Positions 40,188-50,900 of a stretch of 64,000 bases of DNA are shown here, piece after piece. The DNA comes from Methanofastidiosum sp. (GTDB lineage: Archaea; Methanobacteriota_B; Thermococci; Methanofastidiosales; Methanofastidiosaceae). The notes beneath the pieces are model-generated. The model saw nothing but the letters and a program-made list of their open reading frames with translations. It did no database searches and was not told the DNA's origin. The position numbers and the translations under genes were made by a program. Location of the stretch: positions 324-64,323 of the forward strand of contig JBDKUY010000071.1 of the NCBI GenBank assembly GCA_039679445.1, given 5' to 3'. Every line of letters begins with the position of its first letter. The stretch's first letter is position 1.

Positions 40188-40451
40188 ATGCCAGCATCAA
40201 GTAGCAAATTATTTAAATCAATCCACAAAAGTAGACTACGGGATAAGATGAGTCTTATAGATAAAAAAGGGCCACACGTTTGTGTTAATTGTGATAATCT
40301 TGTTCAGAAAGATGACGAAAAAGAGGTAGGCATATGCTCAATTGCAGCTTCCACAAAAACGATCTTTAAAAAATACTGCCAGAAATGCGATGAAAGATCA
40401 GCTCTTACAGGGGACCTCTGGATATATATCGATGGTGAAGATTGGGGTTAA
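40188..40451 (+). CDS. Small Cys-rich hypothetical protein (possible metal binding)
   Basis: CVNC...C...CQKC; could start at ATG 40248. Confidence 0.5.
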   Translation: MPASSSKLFKSIHKSRLRDKMSLIDKKGPHVCVNCDNLVQKDDEKEVGICSIAASTKTIFKKYCQKCDERSALTGDLWIYIDGEDWG

Positions 40452-40549
40452 TAAATAATTTAACATAGTAGATATCTAGTTTATTGTTCCTATTCTAGTT
40501 TATACCTTACTCTTTCTTTCAGAATTTAGAAATGTTATTACAAAAACAG

Positions 40550-40622
40550 TAGCCGGGGGCGGATTCGAACCACCGTCTCAAGGTCCAGAGCCTCGAAGGA
40601 TTGACCACTACCCTACCCGGCT
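40550..40622 (-). tRNA. tRNA-Gln(CTG)
   Basis: Minus strand AGCCGGG...CGAGG-CTCTGGA-CCTTG...GGTTCGAATCC..CCCGGCT-A; A1:U72 as in archaeal tRNA-Gln. Confidence 0.96.
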
Positions 40623-40637
40623 ATTAGAATCAAAAGA

Positions 40638-41426
40638 TTAATCTCTGTTAATAAGTTTTTCTGTTTCGCTCATATAAGCAAAACTCTCTTTCTCTAATAG
40701 GGCCCTTGCCGAAAAATCAGTGAACAACTCATTGAATCTTCTTTTCAATATCCTGATAACATAGTCATCGTAGTACATATCACAATTTGTTTCGATATCA
40801 TAGAGAAGAAGGTAATCTGGTGAAGAGGGAGTTGCATGTAGAATTGTCTCTCCATTCAAAGCAGATAATATCTCATTCTCAGTTAAATCCCCTTTTGTAT
40901 AATCAACTATAGACCCAACAATCCTTCGGATCATCTGCCATAAAAATCCAGTACCTTTGAACTCCAATATATAAATCGGCCCTTCTTTTCTATAACTTGT
41001 TTCAATAGTCCTTTTAGTATCGTCAATCCCATTATATTTAGAAAATGAGAAGAAATCATGGGTTCCGTCAAAAAGAGAAAGCCCCTTTGAGACAAGATCT
41101 TCATTGTACCCATTGTCGAAAAGATAATACCTATAAGTCTTGGTAAGGGGAAACTTAAGGTATTTGCTAGTTTTAGCATATACCCAGATATCTTCCAACG
41201 AATGTGTCAATCTTTTTATATTTAGATCTTCCTCGACTTCAAGCCTTAAGATATTAGAAAGAGCAGAAACTCCCCTATCAGTCCTAGATAAAAAGCCGTA
41301 ATTAATAGCTTTGACGCCCTCGTCATCTAGAGTTTGGACTATATCGCCTTCAACTGTTCTGACGTTTGGTTGGGATTGCGAACCATGAAATTCCCTCCCG
41401 TTATAAGCTACCTTGAGATAAACCAT
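40638..41426 (-). CDS. truA: tRNA pseudouridine(38-40) synthase
   Basis: KVAYNG..FHGSQ.QP..RTVEG, SRTDRGVSA, GTHDF..FS, FLWQMIRRIVG. Confidence 0.95.
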   Translation of the reverse strand: MVYLKVAYNGREFHGSQSQPNVRTVEGDIVQTLDDEGVKAINYGFLSRTDRGVSALSNILRLEVEEDLNIKRLTHSLEDIWVYAKTSKYLKFPLTKTYRYYLFDNGYNEDLVSKGLSLFDGTHDFFSFSKYNGIDDTKRTIETSYRKEGPIYILEFKGTGFLWQMIRRIVGSIVDYTKGDLTENEILSALNGETILHATPSSPDYLLLYDIETNCDMYYDDYVIRILKRRFNELFTDFSARALLEKESFAYMSETEKLINRD

Positions 41427-41461
41427 CAAATAAAATCCATGGAAAAAATTTAAAAGGGTTT

Positions 41462-44068
41462 TTATAGTATTTCGATGATAAAGTTCTTGTCCTTTATGAT
41501 ATCTACTTTCTTACCTTTTTTGAAGAACTCACGCTCTACCCTTTCGACATAATCTCTATTGAGCTCAAATCCGTCTACAGTAATCTGACCCTTTTCTTCG
41601 AGTTTAGATATATTGTCTCTTAGCAATGTTTTTACCTTCTGGACATCCTTTCCAAACTTAGGGCCGATAATATCGTATCGTGGGATGACTTCGAGTATCT
41701 TCTCATCAATATCAGGTTTACCGGTTTTCAATTCTAGATTTGATATATTCGTGGATTTAGATATATCCTCTCTTATTTCTTCGATATTCTTCTCAGTGTA
41801 GACGATTGCTCCGTTGACTGGGGCGTTTAATGGTATCTTCAGATCTGATTTGTATCTCCTTATTGCTACGGTGATATCCTTAAGAATCTCCCCTTTTTCA
41901 AAAGCGCCCTTGTCATAGAACTCAAATGAAGGATATTCAGTCAGGTGAATACTGTTTATACCTTCGTCACTAAAGATTTCATTGTATATTTCTTCGGTGA
42001 TATGCGGTGTGTAAGGTGAAATCAAACCGATTACATTCCTAAGTAAAGTTTTCAAGGTAAATGCAGCTTCGTCTTTTTTGACATTATTATATAATCTGTA
42101 TTTGACTATCTCTATGTAGCTATCAGCAACTTCATGCCAAAGGAATGTTCTAATCTCCTTTAGAATTGGGGCAAAATTGTAGTCGTCAAGTTCTTTTCTT
42201 GAGAGCTTGATTAACTCAGTTAGTTTTGATAGAATCCACTTGTCAGGTATTGTAAGGGATTCAAGATCAATATTTTTGGTATTTGTGTCTGAGATATTCA
42301 TTTCGATGAATCTAGAAACATTCCAGAACTTTGTTAAAAATCTGTTACCATGCTCAATCTCTTTCCATGAGAATGGGAAGTCTTCCCCCTTGGAAGCAAG
42401 AAGTGCCCACTGTCTCAATGCATCGGCACAGTACTTACTAAGCGGCTCGTCAGGTTCAATAACGTTTCCAAGAGATTTACTCATCTTTCTCCCATCGGGG
42501 CCTGCAACCATACCGTGGATTAATGTTTCGTTCCAAGGATTCTTACCGGTGATAAGATTACATCTAAATAACGTGTAAAACAGCCAAGTTCTAATGATTT
42601 CGTAACCCTGTGGTCTTATAGTTGCTGGATATGTTTTATTGAAAAATTTCTCATCCTGATTATACATTGAAATGGCGAGAGGTGTTGCTGATGAATCTAC
42701 CCAGCAATCACACACGTCTGTCTCACCGATAAAATTGCTTGATCCGCATTTGCATTTTTCTTTTGGCATGTCAAACCGGGGGTCCACTGGGAGCCATTCC
42801 TCTTTTGCAGGTATTAACTCTCCGCAGTCTTTGCATTTCCAGAAAGGTATAGGTGTTCCAAATACTCTCTGTCTTGATATGATCCAGTCCCAGTCCATTG
42901 AGTCGGTCCAGTCATAGAATCTATCATACATGTACTCCGGATACCAGGCTATCTTCTTCCCATTTTCAATAAGATTATTCTTGTAATCCCTTACATTGAT
43001 AAAATACTGCTCCATTGGTAAGAGCTCGATTGGCGATTTGCATGAACCTCTTTCAACATGAAGTAGTACCCTGTGCTTCATTTTCTCTTCTTTTATAAGA
43101 AGCCCTAAATCATTTAATTCAGAAACTATGATTTTTCTTGCTTCTTTAACTGGAAGCCCATCATATTCCTTGCCGACCTTTAACTTTCCATCCTCTGTTA
43201 TGGAAGTGATTACATCAAGATCATACTTCTTCTGCCATAGTATATCCTGTTCATCTCCATAAGTACAGCAATACACTATGCCTGTTCCAAATGACATATC
43301 AACTTCTTCATCTGAGAGAATCGGTACCTTTCTGTCGAACAAAGGAAGGGTAACGTTTTTGCCCTTGAACGCTTCATATCTTGGATCTTTTGGATTGAAG
43401 AATACTCCGACACAAGAAGGCATTAGCTCTGGCCTTGTTGTTGCAATTTCAACGTGCTCTTTTCCGCCTTCAACTGGAAGCCTGAGATAGTAAAGTTTTC
43501 CATCTTTTTCTTCATAGCCAACTTCAGCTTTTGCTAGAGCGGTCATGCATCTTGGGCACCAAAGGACGGGGTGTTTTTCTCTGAATAAATACCCCTTGTG
43601 ATAAAAATCAATTAATGTTTTTTGGATAAGCTTGACATATTCAGGTTTCATTGTGAGATACATTCTTGACCAATCGGGAAAGTAACCTATATCGGTCATC
43701 TGCCTTCTCATCCTTTCAACACATTGAGCTGTCCATTCTTTACATTTTTCAATAAAGGCTTCTTTATCGTCTTTAGAGATTTTAAACTCATGCTCAACCT
43801 TTAACTCTGTTGGAAGACCGTGACAATCAAACCCCTGGGGGCAGTAGACATTGAATCCTCTCATCCTCTTGTATCTCTGGATAAAATCAATCCATGTGAA
43901 ATCCATTACATGACCCATGTGGAGTGAACCAGAAGTAAACGGGGGTGGAGTATCAAGTATATATACCTCACCGTTTTTATCTGGATTGAATTTAAATATC
44001 TCTTTTTCAAGCCAATAATTCTGCCATTTCTTTTCAATCTGTTTACCGTCATAGTCTTTATCCAACAT
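41462..44068 (-). CDS. valS: Valine--tRNA ligase
   Basis: DTPPPFTSGSLHMGH, GFDCHGLPTE, ATTRPE, DW.ISRQR.FGTPIP, RPQGYEIIRTW, KMSKS. Confidence 0.97.
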   Translation of the reverse strand: MLDKDYDGKQIEKKWQNYWLEKEIFKFNPDKNGEVYILDTPPPFTSGSLHMGHVMDFTWIDFIQRYKRMRGFNVYCPQGFDCHGLPTELKVEHEFKISKDDKEAFIEKCKEWTAQCVERMRRQMTDIGYFPDWSRMYLTMKPEYVKLIQKTLIDFYHKGYLFREKHPVLWCPRCMTALAKAEVGYEEKDGKLYYLRLPVEGGKEHVEIATTRPELMPSCVGVFFNPKDPRYEAFKGKNVTLPLFDRKVPILSDEEVDMSFGTGIVYCCTYGDEQDILWQKKYDLDVITSITEDGKLKVGKEYDGLPVKEARKIIVSELNDLGLLIKEEKMKHRVLLHVERGSCKSPIELLPMEQYFINVRDYKNNLIENGKKIAWYPEYMYDRFYDWTDSMDWDWIISRQRVFGTPIPFWKCKDCGELIPAKEEWLPVDPRFDMPKEKCKCGSSNFIGETDVCDCWVDSSATPLAISMYNQDEKFFNKTYPATIRPQGYEIIRTWLFYTLFRCNLITGKNPWNETLIHGMVAGPDGRKMSKSLGNVIEPDEPLSKYCADALRQWALLASKGEDFPFSWKEIEHGNRFLTKFWNVSRFIEMNISDTNTKNIDLESLTIPDKWILSKLTELIKLSRKELDDYNFAPILKEIRTFLWHEVADSYIEIVKYRLYNNVKKDEAAFTLKTLLRNVIGLISPYTPHITEEIYNEIFSDEGINSIHLTEYPSFEFYDKGAFEKGEILKDITVAIRRYKSDLKIPLNAPVNGAIVYTEKNIEEIREDISKSTNISNLELKTGKPDIDEKILEVIPRYDIIGPKFGKDVQKVKTLLRDNISKLEEKGQITVDGFELNRDYVERVEREFFKKGKKVDIIKDKNFIIEIL

Positions 44069-44862
44069 TATTTCACCGTCTCTTGGTAGCTAAGTTGTCC
44101 ATTCATATAAATCTTTAATCCTTCGTCCGCGATTAAAGTTTTGATTCCAGTGGACTCCTGGATATGGCGCCTTTCTTCTTCGGCACCCTTAAGATGCATC
44201 CTGTAACCAATGTGCGTGATTATTGCCACTTCAGGCTTGACCTTCTTTAAAATTCTTATTGCATCATCAGTTGTAAGATGAAATGGAATTTTGTCTCCGT
44301 TTGGTCTTGTAACGTTGAGGATCATTACCCTAGAACCTATATACTGATCTTCCATGTCGTCGAAATACTCCGTATCAGAAGTATAAGAAATAGCGCCTGA
44401 ATCGGTATAAATTTTAAATCCAATTCCAAATGGGTCTGAATGCTTTGCTCTTGTTGCTTCAATTTTCTGCCCTTTGATCTCGATATTTTCTCCGGGGGCC
44501 ATAGATAAGACGCCCTTCAAATTTTTTCGGTAATAAGGAAAAATAATTGAAGCAAACTCATCTCTTCCTTCAACGACGCTCTTGCTGCCAATCACATACC
44601 CCTCTTTTTTCAACATGCCCCCGGTCATACTCTCAACCATTATCGGAACATCATTGAAATGGTCTGTGTGGCAGTGAGAAATTAAAAGAGCATCTATCTT
44701 CCTTGGATCAAGCCCATTCTGAATTGATCTGAGATGTGCACCTGGTCCTGGGTCTACATGAATATTTATTTTATCTTCAATATAGAATCCGCCTGTACCA
44801 CGCTTTTGGGTGATGGTCATGAACCTTCCTCCACCACTACCCAAAAAAGTTATCTTTGCCAT
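44068..44862 (-). CDS. MBL-fold metallo-hydrolase
   Basis: FLGSGGGRF, DPGPGA, SHCHTDH, HSD, YTSDT, TH. Confidence 0.92.
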   Translation of the reverse strand: MAKITFLGSGGGRFMTITQKRGTGGFYIEDKINIHVDPGPGAHLRSIQNGLDPRKIDALLISHCHTDHFNDVPIMVESMTGGMLKKEGYVIGSKSVVEGRDEFASIIFPYYRKNLKGVLSMAPGENIEIKGQKIEATRAKHSDPFGIGFKIYTDSGAISYTSDTEYFDDMEDQYIGSRVMILNVTRPNGDKIPFHLTTDDAIRILKKVKPEVAIITHIGYRMHLKGAEEERRHIQESTGIKTLIADEGLKIYMNGQLSYQETVK

Positions 44863-44915
44863 ACATACCTCTAAGTAACTTTTTAAGAGTTCAATTTATT
44901 AAGTTTATAAAACTA

Positions 44916-45215
44916 ATGAGTGGTACTATGAGGGAAGCTCTAAAAGAAAGCAGGGGTGGTACTTTAATCGACATTGAAGTTGTTTCAAACTCGAGTGAAT
45001 TTCACATTGAATACAACGAGTGGAGCAAGAGAATAAGGCTAAAAATTACGGCTCCTGCCGTAAAAGGTCAGGCTAATAAAGAAATTCAGACTTTTTTTAA
45101 AGGTATTTTAGGAGAGGCCACTATCGTAAAAGGCGAACATAATAAAAAGAAATCTATATTTGTTAATTCTAGTATAGAAGAAGTTTCAAATAAACTGTCA
45201 AAAATTTTAAAATAA
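44916..45215 (+). CDS. DUF167 (YggU/UPF0235) family protein
   Basis: I.APAVKGQANKEI..F, IVKG....K; start at ATG 44916 or 44928. Confidence 0.85.
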   Translation: MSGTMREALKESRGGTLIDIEVVSNSSEFHIEYNEWSKRIRLKITAPAVKGQANKEIQTFFKGILGEATIVKGEHNKKKSIFVNSSIEEVSNKLSKILK

Positions 45216-45279
45216 TACAAAATTCGCCATAGTAAGACTTATAAAGAATTAAATACTAGTTATCAATAGGTGAAATTGG

Positions 45280-46902
45280 ATGTCAGAAACGAAAGTCAAA
45301 CATGCTGATGAAATATTTAAGTCATTTAAAATGCAAAGTGTTTCTGAATTCTTTAAAAAGAATGCAGCAATGTTAGGATATACTGGTAAATTACGTTCAT
45401 TAACAACACTTGTTCACGAAGGGGTTACAAATTCGCTTGACGCTTGTGAGGAAGCCAGGCTTTTTCCGGATATTTCAGTATTTATTACTGAAATCGGGCC
45501 GGAACATTATAGAGTTATAATGGAAGATAACGCTTCAGGAATCCCTCTGGATTACATACCTCATGTATTTGGGAAGATGCTTGCCGGGAGCAAGGCCCAT
45601 AGAAATATTCAATCAAGAGGTCAACAGGGAATTGGTGTTTCGGGGGCCGTTATGTACTCTCAAGTTAGTACTGGAAAACCAACTGAAGTTGTAACTTCTA
45701 CGGGGGATAAGGTAATCAATAAGGTTAATATCAAAATAGATGTTGAAAAAAATGCTGGGGAGATCCTATCTCGTGAAACTTTAAAGAATCCTGAAAAGTG
45801 GAGGGGCACAAGGATTAATCTTGAGGCAAAAAATCTTCAATACAACAGATCAAAATATGGCCCTTACAGTTACCTTAAGATGACTGCAATTGCAAATCCG
45901 CATACGAGAATCCTTTTTGTCGAGCCTGATGGTACCAAGATTCTATTTGACAGAAATGTGAGGGAAATACCAAAACACCCAAAAGAAATGAAGCCACATC
46001 CCCATGGAAGCTCTGCTGATGATATACTCTCTATGATTAAGAACTCAAGCGCCACTAGGGTAAGGACTTTTTTAGTTTCTGATTTTACAAGGGTATCCTC
46101 TAAAAAAGTGGAGGAAATAGAACAGCTTTCTGGCCTTGACTTGGACATTAATCCAAAAAAGGTAGACTGGGAATATGCAGAAAAGCTGGTCAATGCAATT
46201 AAACAGATTACTTTCATGGCCCCCCCAACTGAGGGGCTTATCCCAATAGGTGCCGAGTCCGTTAGGCTTGGTCTTGAAGGTATACTTGCGCCTGAATTTG
46301 TACATACAGTGACTAGAAGCCCTCAGACCTACCACGGAGGTATAGCGTTTATTGTTGAAGCAGGTATTGCCTATGGTGGAGGTGCCGGTAACAATGGACT
46401 TGACATTATAAGGTATGCCAATAGGACGCCCTTAATATTTGACCAAGGTGGATGCTGCATTACAGAAGCAGCTAAATCCATTGAGTGGAAAAGATACGGT
46501 GTAAAGGATGACAGTGCGCCACTCACCATATTTGTTAATCTTGTTTCAACTCATATTCCTTATACTTCTGCAGGAAAACAAGCGATTGCAACAGAAGAGG
46601 AGATCTATAACGAGATCAGATTTGCATTAATGGACGCAGGTAGGGCCTTATCTAGGTACCTTTCTGGAAAGCGACGTGCGAGTGAGAAACTTACAAAGAA
46701 AAAGACCCTATTGAGATATGTTATAGAGACATCTAATGCCCTTGGGAGCCTAGTTAAAGCAGAGGATAATTCTAAGATAATTAAAGCACTGACAGACATT
46801 GTTGAGAAAAAATATGATCTTGAAGAAGCAAATAATGGGGAAGAAGTAACAACAGCCTCTGAAGAAAACGACGTTGAAGAGGTGATCGAGAATGGCCAAT
46901 AA
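45280..46902 (+). CDS. top6B: DNA topoisomerase VI subunit B
   Basis: [45 protein letters not shown]. Confidence 0.98.
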   Translation: MSETKVKHADEIFKSFKMQSVSEFFKKNAAMLGYTGKLRSLTTLVHEGVTNSLDACEEARLFPDISVFITEIGPEHYRVIMEDNASGIPLDYIPHVFGKMLAGSKAHRNIQSRGQQGIGVSGAVMYSQVSTGKPTEVVTSTGDKVINKVNIKIDVEKNAGEILSRETLKNPEKWRGTRINLEAKNLQYNRSKYGPYSYLKMTAIANPHTRILFVEPDGTKILFDRNVREIPKHPKEMKPHPHGSSADDILSMIKNSSATRVRTFLVSDFTRVSSKKVEEIEQLSGLDLDINPKKVDWEYAEKLVNAIKQITFMAPPTEGLIPIGAESVRLGLEGILAPEFVHTVTRSPQTYHGGIAFIVEAGIAYGGGAGNNGLDIIRYANRTPLIFDQGGCCITEAAKSIEWKRYGVKDDSAPLTIFVNLVSTHIPYTSAGKQAIATEEEIYNEIRFALMDAGRALSRYLSGKRRASEKLTKKKTLLRYVIETSNALGSLVKAEDNSKIIKALTDIVEKKYDLEEANNGEEVTTASEENDVEEVIENGQ

Positions 46903-47980
46903 ATCTTCACAAGAAGTTCCCTCTATACTTGGTAAGTTTGGTGAGGAGATTTATGAACAGATAATGAAAGAGGAAAGCCCTTCAATAAAGATACCCCTAA
47001 GAGGAAAATCTAACGTTTTTTTTGACGATAACGAGAAAGTTATCCAACTAGGAGATAAGTTCTCTAAAAGGCATTTTCTAAATGTGGCTCACACAAAGAA
47101 ATTCATGCAGACCGTGCTTGTCGCCTCTTACTGTAGAAGACTTGTTGAAGAGAACAAACATGCCGGTATCAGAGAGTTGTATTATGCCTTGAAACATACA
47201 GTAGAAGGTTCTAAAGAAAATACATTTGATGACCAGGCTGAATCTAACCCGATCATTGAGGATATAGAAACAGCACTTGACATCCTAAGAGAAGAGCTCA
47301 ATCTTACAGCAGACAGAAGAGGTTATATTTACGGCGATATAGTCCTAAAAGATGGCGAAGATGAGTTCAACGCTTCAAAGCTTGGAAGGGGTGGATGGGC
47401 CGTACCTGGTACAGTTGAAGAAATTGACTTCTTAAATGTTAACGCCGAGTATATTCTTGTTATTGAGACAGCTGCAATGTGCGATAGGCTTATCGAAGAA
47501 AAATTTGCACAGACCAATAATGCCTTATTAGTTGCATGTCAAGGGCAAGCCCCAAGAGGTATCAGAAGACTGATAAACAGACTACATACAGAAAAGAATT
47601 TGCCAGTTTATGTCTTTACAGATGGAGATCCTTACGGATGGTACATCTATTCTACAATAAAGCAGGGATCAATGAATCTAGCATATCTTTCTAGAAGATT
47701 AGGTGTGCCTGATGCAAAGTTTATAGGCATGACTATGGACGATATCGAAGACTATGAACTTCAGAAAGTTACAGAAAAGCTAAAAGATATGGACAAAAAG
47801 AGAATAAACGAAATAATGGAATACGAGTGGTTTAAACATAAGGACTGGCAAGAGCAAATGAAAAAATGTCTAAAACTTGGAGTAAGGATAGAACAGCAGG
47901 CACTTGCAAACAAATCTTTAGAGTTTGTCGCTAAAGAATACTTGCCCCAGAAAATAGAAAATGAGGTATTTTTACCTTAA
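46892..47980 (+). CDS. top6A: DNA topoisomerase VI subunit A
   Basis: [42 protein letters not shown]. Confidence 0.98.
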   Translation: MANKSSQEVPSILGKFGEEIYEQIMKEESPSIKIPLRGKSNVFFDDNEKVIQLGDKFSKRHFLNVAHTKKFMQTVLVASYCRRLVEENKHAGIRELYYALKHTVEGSKENTFDDQAESNPIIEDIETALDILREELNLTADRRGYIYGDIVLKDGEDEFNASKLGRGGWAVPGTVEEIDFLNVNAEYILVIETAAMCDRLIEEKFAQTNNALLVACQGQAPRGIRRLINRLHTEKNLPVYVFTDGDPYGWYIYSTIKQGSMNLAYLSRRLGVPDAKFIGMTMDDIEDYELQKVTEKLKDMDKKRINEIMEYEWFKHKDWQEQMKKCLKLGVRIEQQALANKSLEFVAKEYLPQKIENEVFLP

Positions 47981-47997
47981 ATAAATAAAAAAATATT

Positions 47998-50900
47998 TTA
48001 ATTTTTAGTTGATAATGAATCAATCATGAGTCTCATTGCTTCGCTGATTGCTTCACACTTTTCTTTTGTTAATCTTTGTGCTAGTCCATAGTTGCCTTTA
48101 TCAAATGCTTCATTTGCTTCTCTACATAGTCTTTCTGAATCATCTAATAGTTTTATAGCTCTGATATACCTTGGATCTTTATCTAGGCCTCTATTTAGTA
48201 TCTCAATCTTTAACTCTTCAATTATATCGTCAGGTCTGCAACAAGTATCATCTTCGTCTACAATATATTGATGAGTAATTACTTCTCTGGCCTCTTTGAT
48301 TAGATCTTGAGTGTAGCATAGATCACATCTCTTCATGTATCCTTTTGTTATTATCCTTAGAGTTTCTCTCGGATTTATACCAGGATGTTTCAATATTTCA
48401 ACTTGGTCATTGTCTGATACTGGATCGCCATTTGGAGGTGTGCCTTCAGTTTCTGCATAGTTAATACTCTTATTTTCAAGACCATTAAACTTAGCAGAGG
48501 ATTTTATAGTCTTGCTTTCTCCAACTGCTAAAGGTCCAATGTTATTCCATGTTATAGTAGTTGTTCCATTGGAATTAACTAAAACAGTATCTGGAGCTAT
48601 TGAAGACAAATTAGCATAAGTTAACCCTACTGGTAGTGTATCTGTAACAGTCACAGGATCTAGTATTACTTCTCCGGTATTTGTTATTACTAAAGTATAT
48701 TCATTTGTAAATCCATTTTTGCCCCAAGGCGGCTCAACTGATTTTGTTATGTTTATTGCTGGGCCTTTAACTCCTACATTAGAAGTATCTGTATCAGTGA
48801 CATCCCCAATGGAAGATGTTCCGATTACTGTTGCCTGATTTGTGAAGGTACCGATTCTTCCTGGATCAACAGTTGCTTGGAATTGAACGATTATTACCTC
48901 AGTTGGATTCATTGTACCGATATTGTCCCATGTTAAAACTTGAGGGGATCCAACTATTGAATTTGGCTCATAGGGTATTCCGCCAACAGTACTATATCCT
49001 GGCCTATATGTAAGTCCATCGGGTAAATAGTCAATCAATTTTACGGGATTCAATGTCATGACCCCAGTATTTGTAATAGTGAGACTAAAGTATACTATTC
49101 CTCCAGGAGATGGAACATTTATATCTGTATTTAGAGTAACCTTCTGTAAATCTGTTCCAGGAGATATTACATTCCAATCATCAGAAAGTGGATCATATTG
49201 TCTCCTTTCGTCATTACCTACAGGTAATGAAAAGTACTCAGTATTTGTAACTGTATTTGTAAAGCTACCTCCCTGTGGCGGAATTGTTGCATCGTACTCT
49301 AAAATGACTGCATTGTTTGGTGGTATTGAGCGATAAGTCCATTGAATTATATCATCATCTCCAATCACCATTGTGGTATCTGCTGTAGGTGAAGATGTAA
49401 TTGACCCCCCAACTAATATCAAGCCAGAGGGTATTTGGTCTTGAATCACTACATCATATGCAGAACTGTTTCCCGTATTTCTCACAGTAATTGTATAGTG
49501 TACATTTTCTCCAGGTAATCCTTGAGTCTTATCCCCTTGTTTTTCGATAGTTAAGTTGGGTTCAACAATCCTAACATCGTCTAAATCACTTATGTTGTAT
49601 GGAGCACCGTCTTGAATAAAGCTTGTATTAGCATTGTTTACAAGGACCACTCCTATAACATTATCAGGTCGAATATTCTTAATTAAACCTGTAATCTTAA
49701 TCATGACATTGTTTGGACCAGTAAAGTTTCTATTTGATTCACCTAATGGAGTTCCAAGTTTCCAGGTAAGTACCTGACCATTTTGAGTGAACTGTTGTAT
49801 TGTTCCCCCATAAGTATCAGTATACGTATGGGAAACATATTCAATCCCATCAGGTAAATGATCAATTATAGTTGTGTTTGTATAATTTGCACTCACTCCG
49901 GAATAAACTACTGCTAAATCAAATACCACTCCTTCACCAATTGTTGCTTTTTCTTTTTCAGATTCTTTGAAAAGGCCCTGAATATTAATTATCCTTGCAC
50001 TGGCTGTTGCACTACTATATATGCAGCCATTTGAACATTTACCTACTGCAATGACTCCATTAGTTCCTGTACTAGAAACATCGTTTAATCTAGCAGAAAG
50101 TGGGGCTGACCATGTTCCTCCTGATTGTGGAATCGGTCCGGGTATTTGCCAAGTAATTGTATTGCCAACAAGTGAAGGAACTTCTCCATTAGTTCCGTTT
50201 CCTGCGATTATTGGAACGCCCCAATCAGCACTTAATGTATCTATGACTGTAACATTGTATGCAGGAGCATTGCCAGTGTTGGTAATTGTAATTGTCCAGC
50301 TCCCCGTACCCCCTGGTGCAACAGGTTGTATGACAGGAGTTTTAGAAACAGAAAGAATTGGTTTTAGAGGATTAATAGCTAAAGTATTATTAGTTACAAA
50401 AAGATTATTGCTACAACTATCTTGGTAGTCAACTCTAACATTATTTGTTCCAGGTGTTACAGTTCCACAGCTTATTCCATCGTTTTTTACTCTGAATTCA
50501 AGTGTTGTAGTTGTATTGCCAGACATGTTGCCTAAAGACCAAATAGGTTGTGCAGGATTTGAAGGAGGATTTGGTGTTGGATTTGGTCCATTAACCATAG
50601 AGTCAAATACAAATCCCGGTGGCAATGTAGAAGTTACAATAACATTGTAAGATGTTGGATATCCCGAAGAATTTTGAATAACTAATCTTATAGTTCCATC
50701 ACAAGTTGTAAATGTACCAACTATTGAAGGAGTTATAGTAATATTTGGTCTTGTTCTTAAAGAACGGGTGCCCGTAGATGCTATATAATTAATGCAGGGA
50801 ACATCACAACCATATCTAACATAAGCAGTATTATTTCTTGAAACATCACACTTACTTACCGAACCCCACACATAATAAGTTGCAGTGTTACTTCCAGATA

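Noticed and set aside
37113..40622. tRNA genes as integration sites for a mobile element
   Set aside because: I saw no integrase and no duplicated tRNA 3' end; the genes in between include housekeeping flpA.
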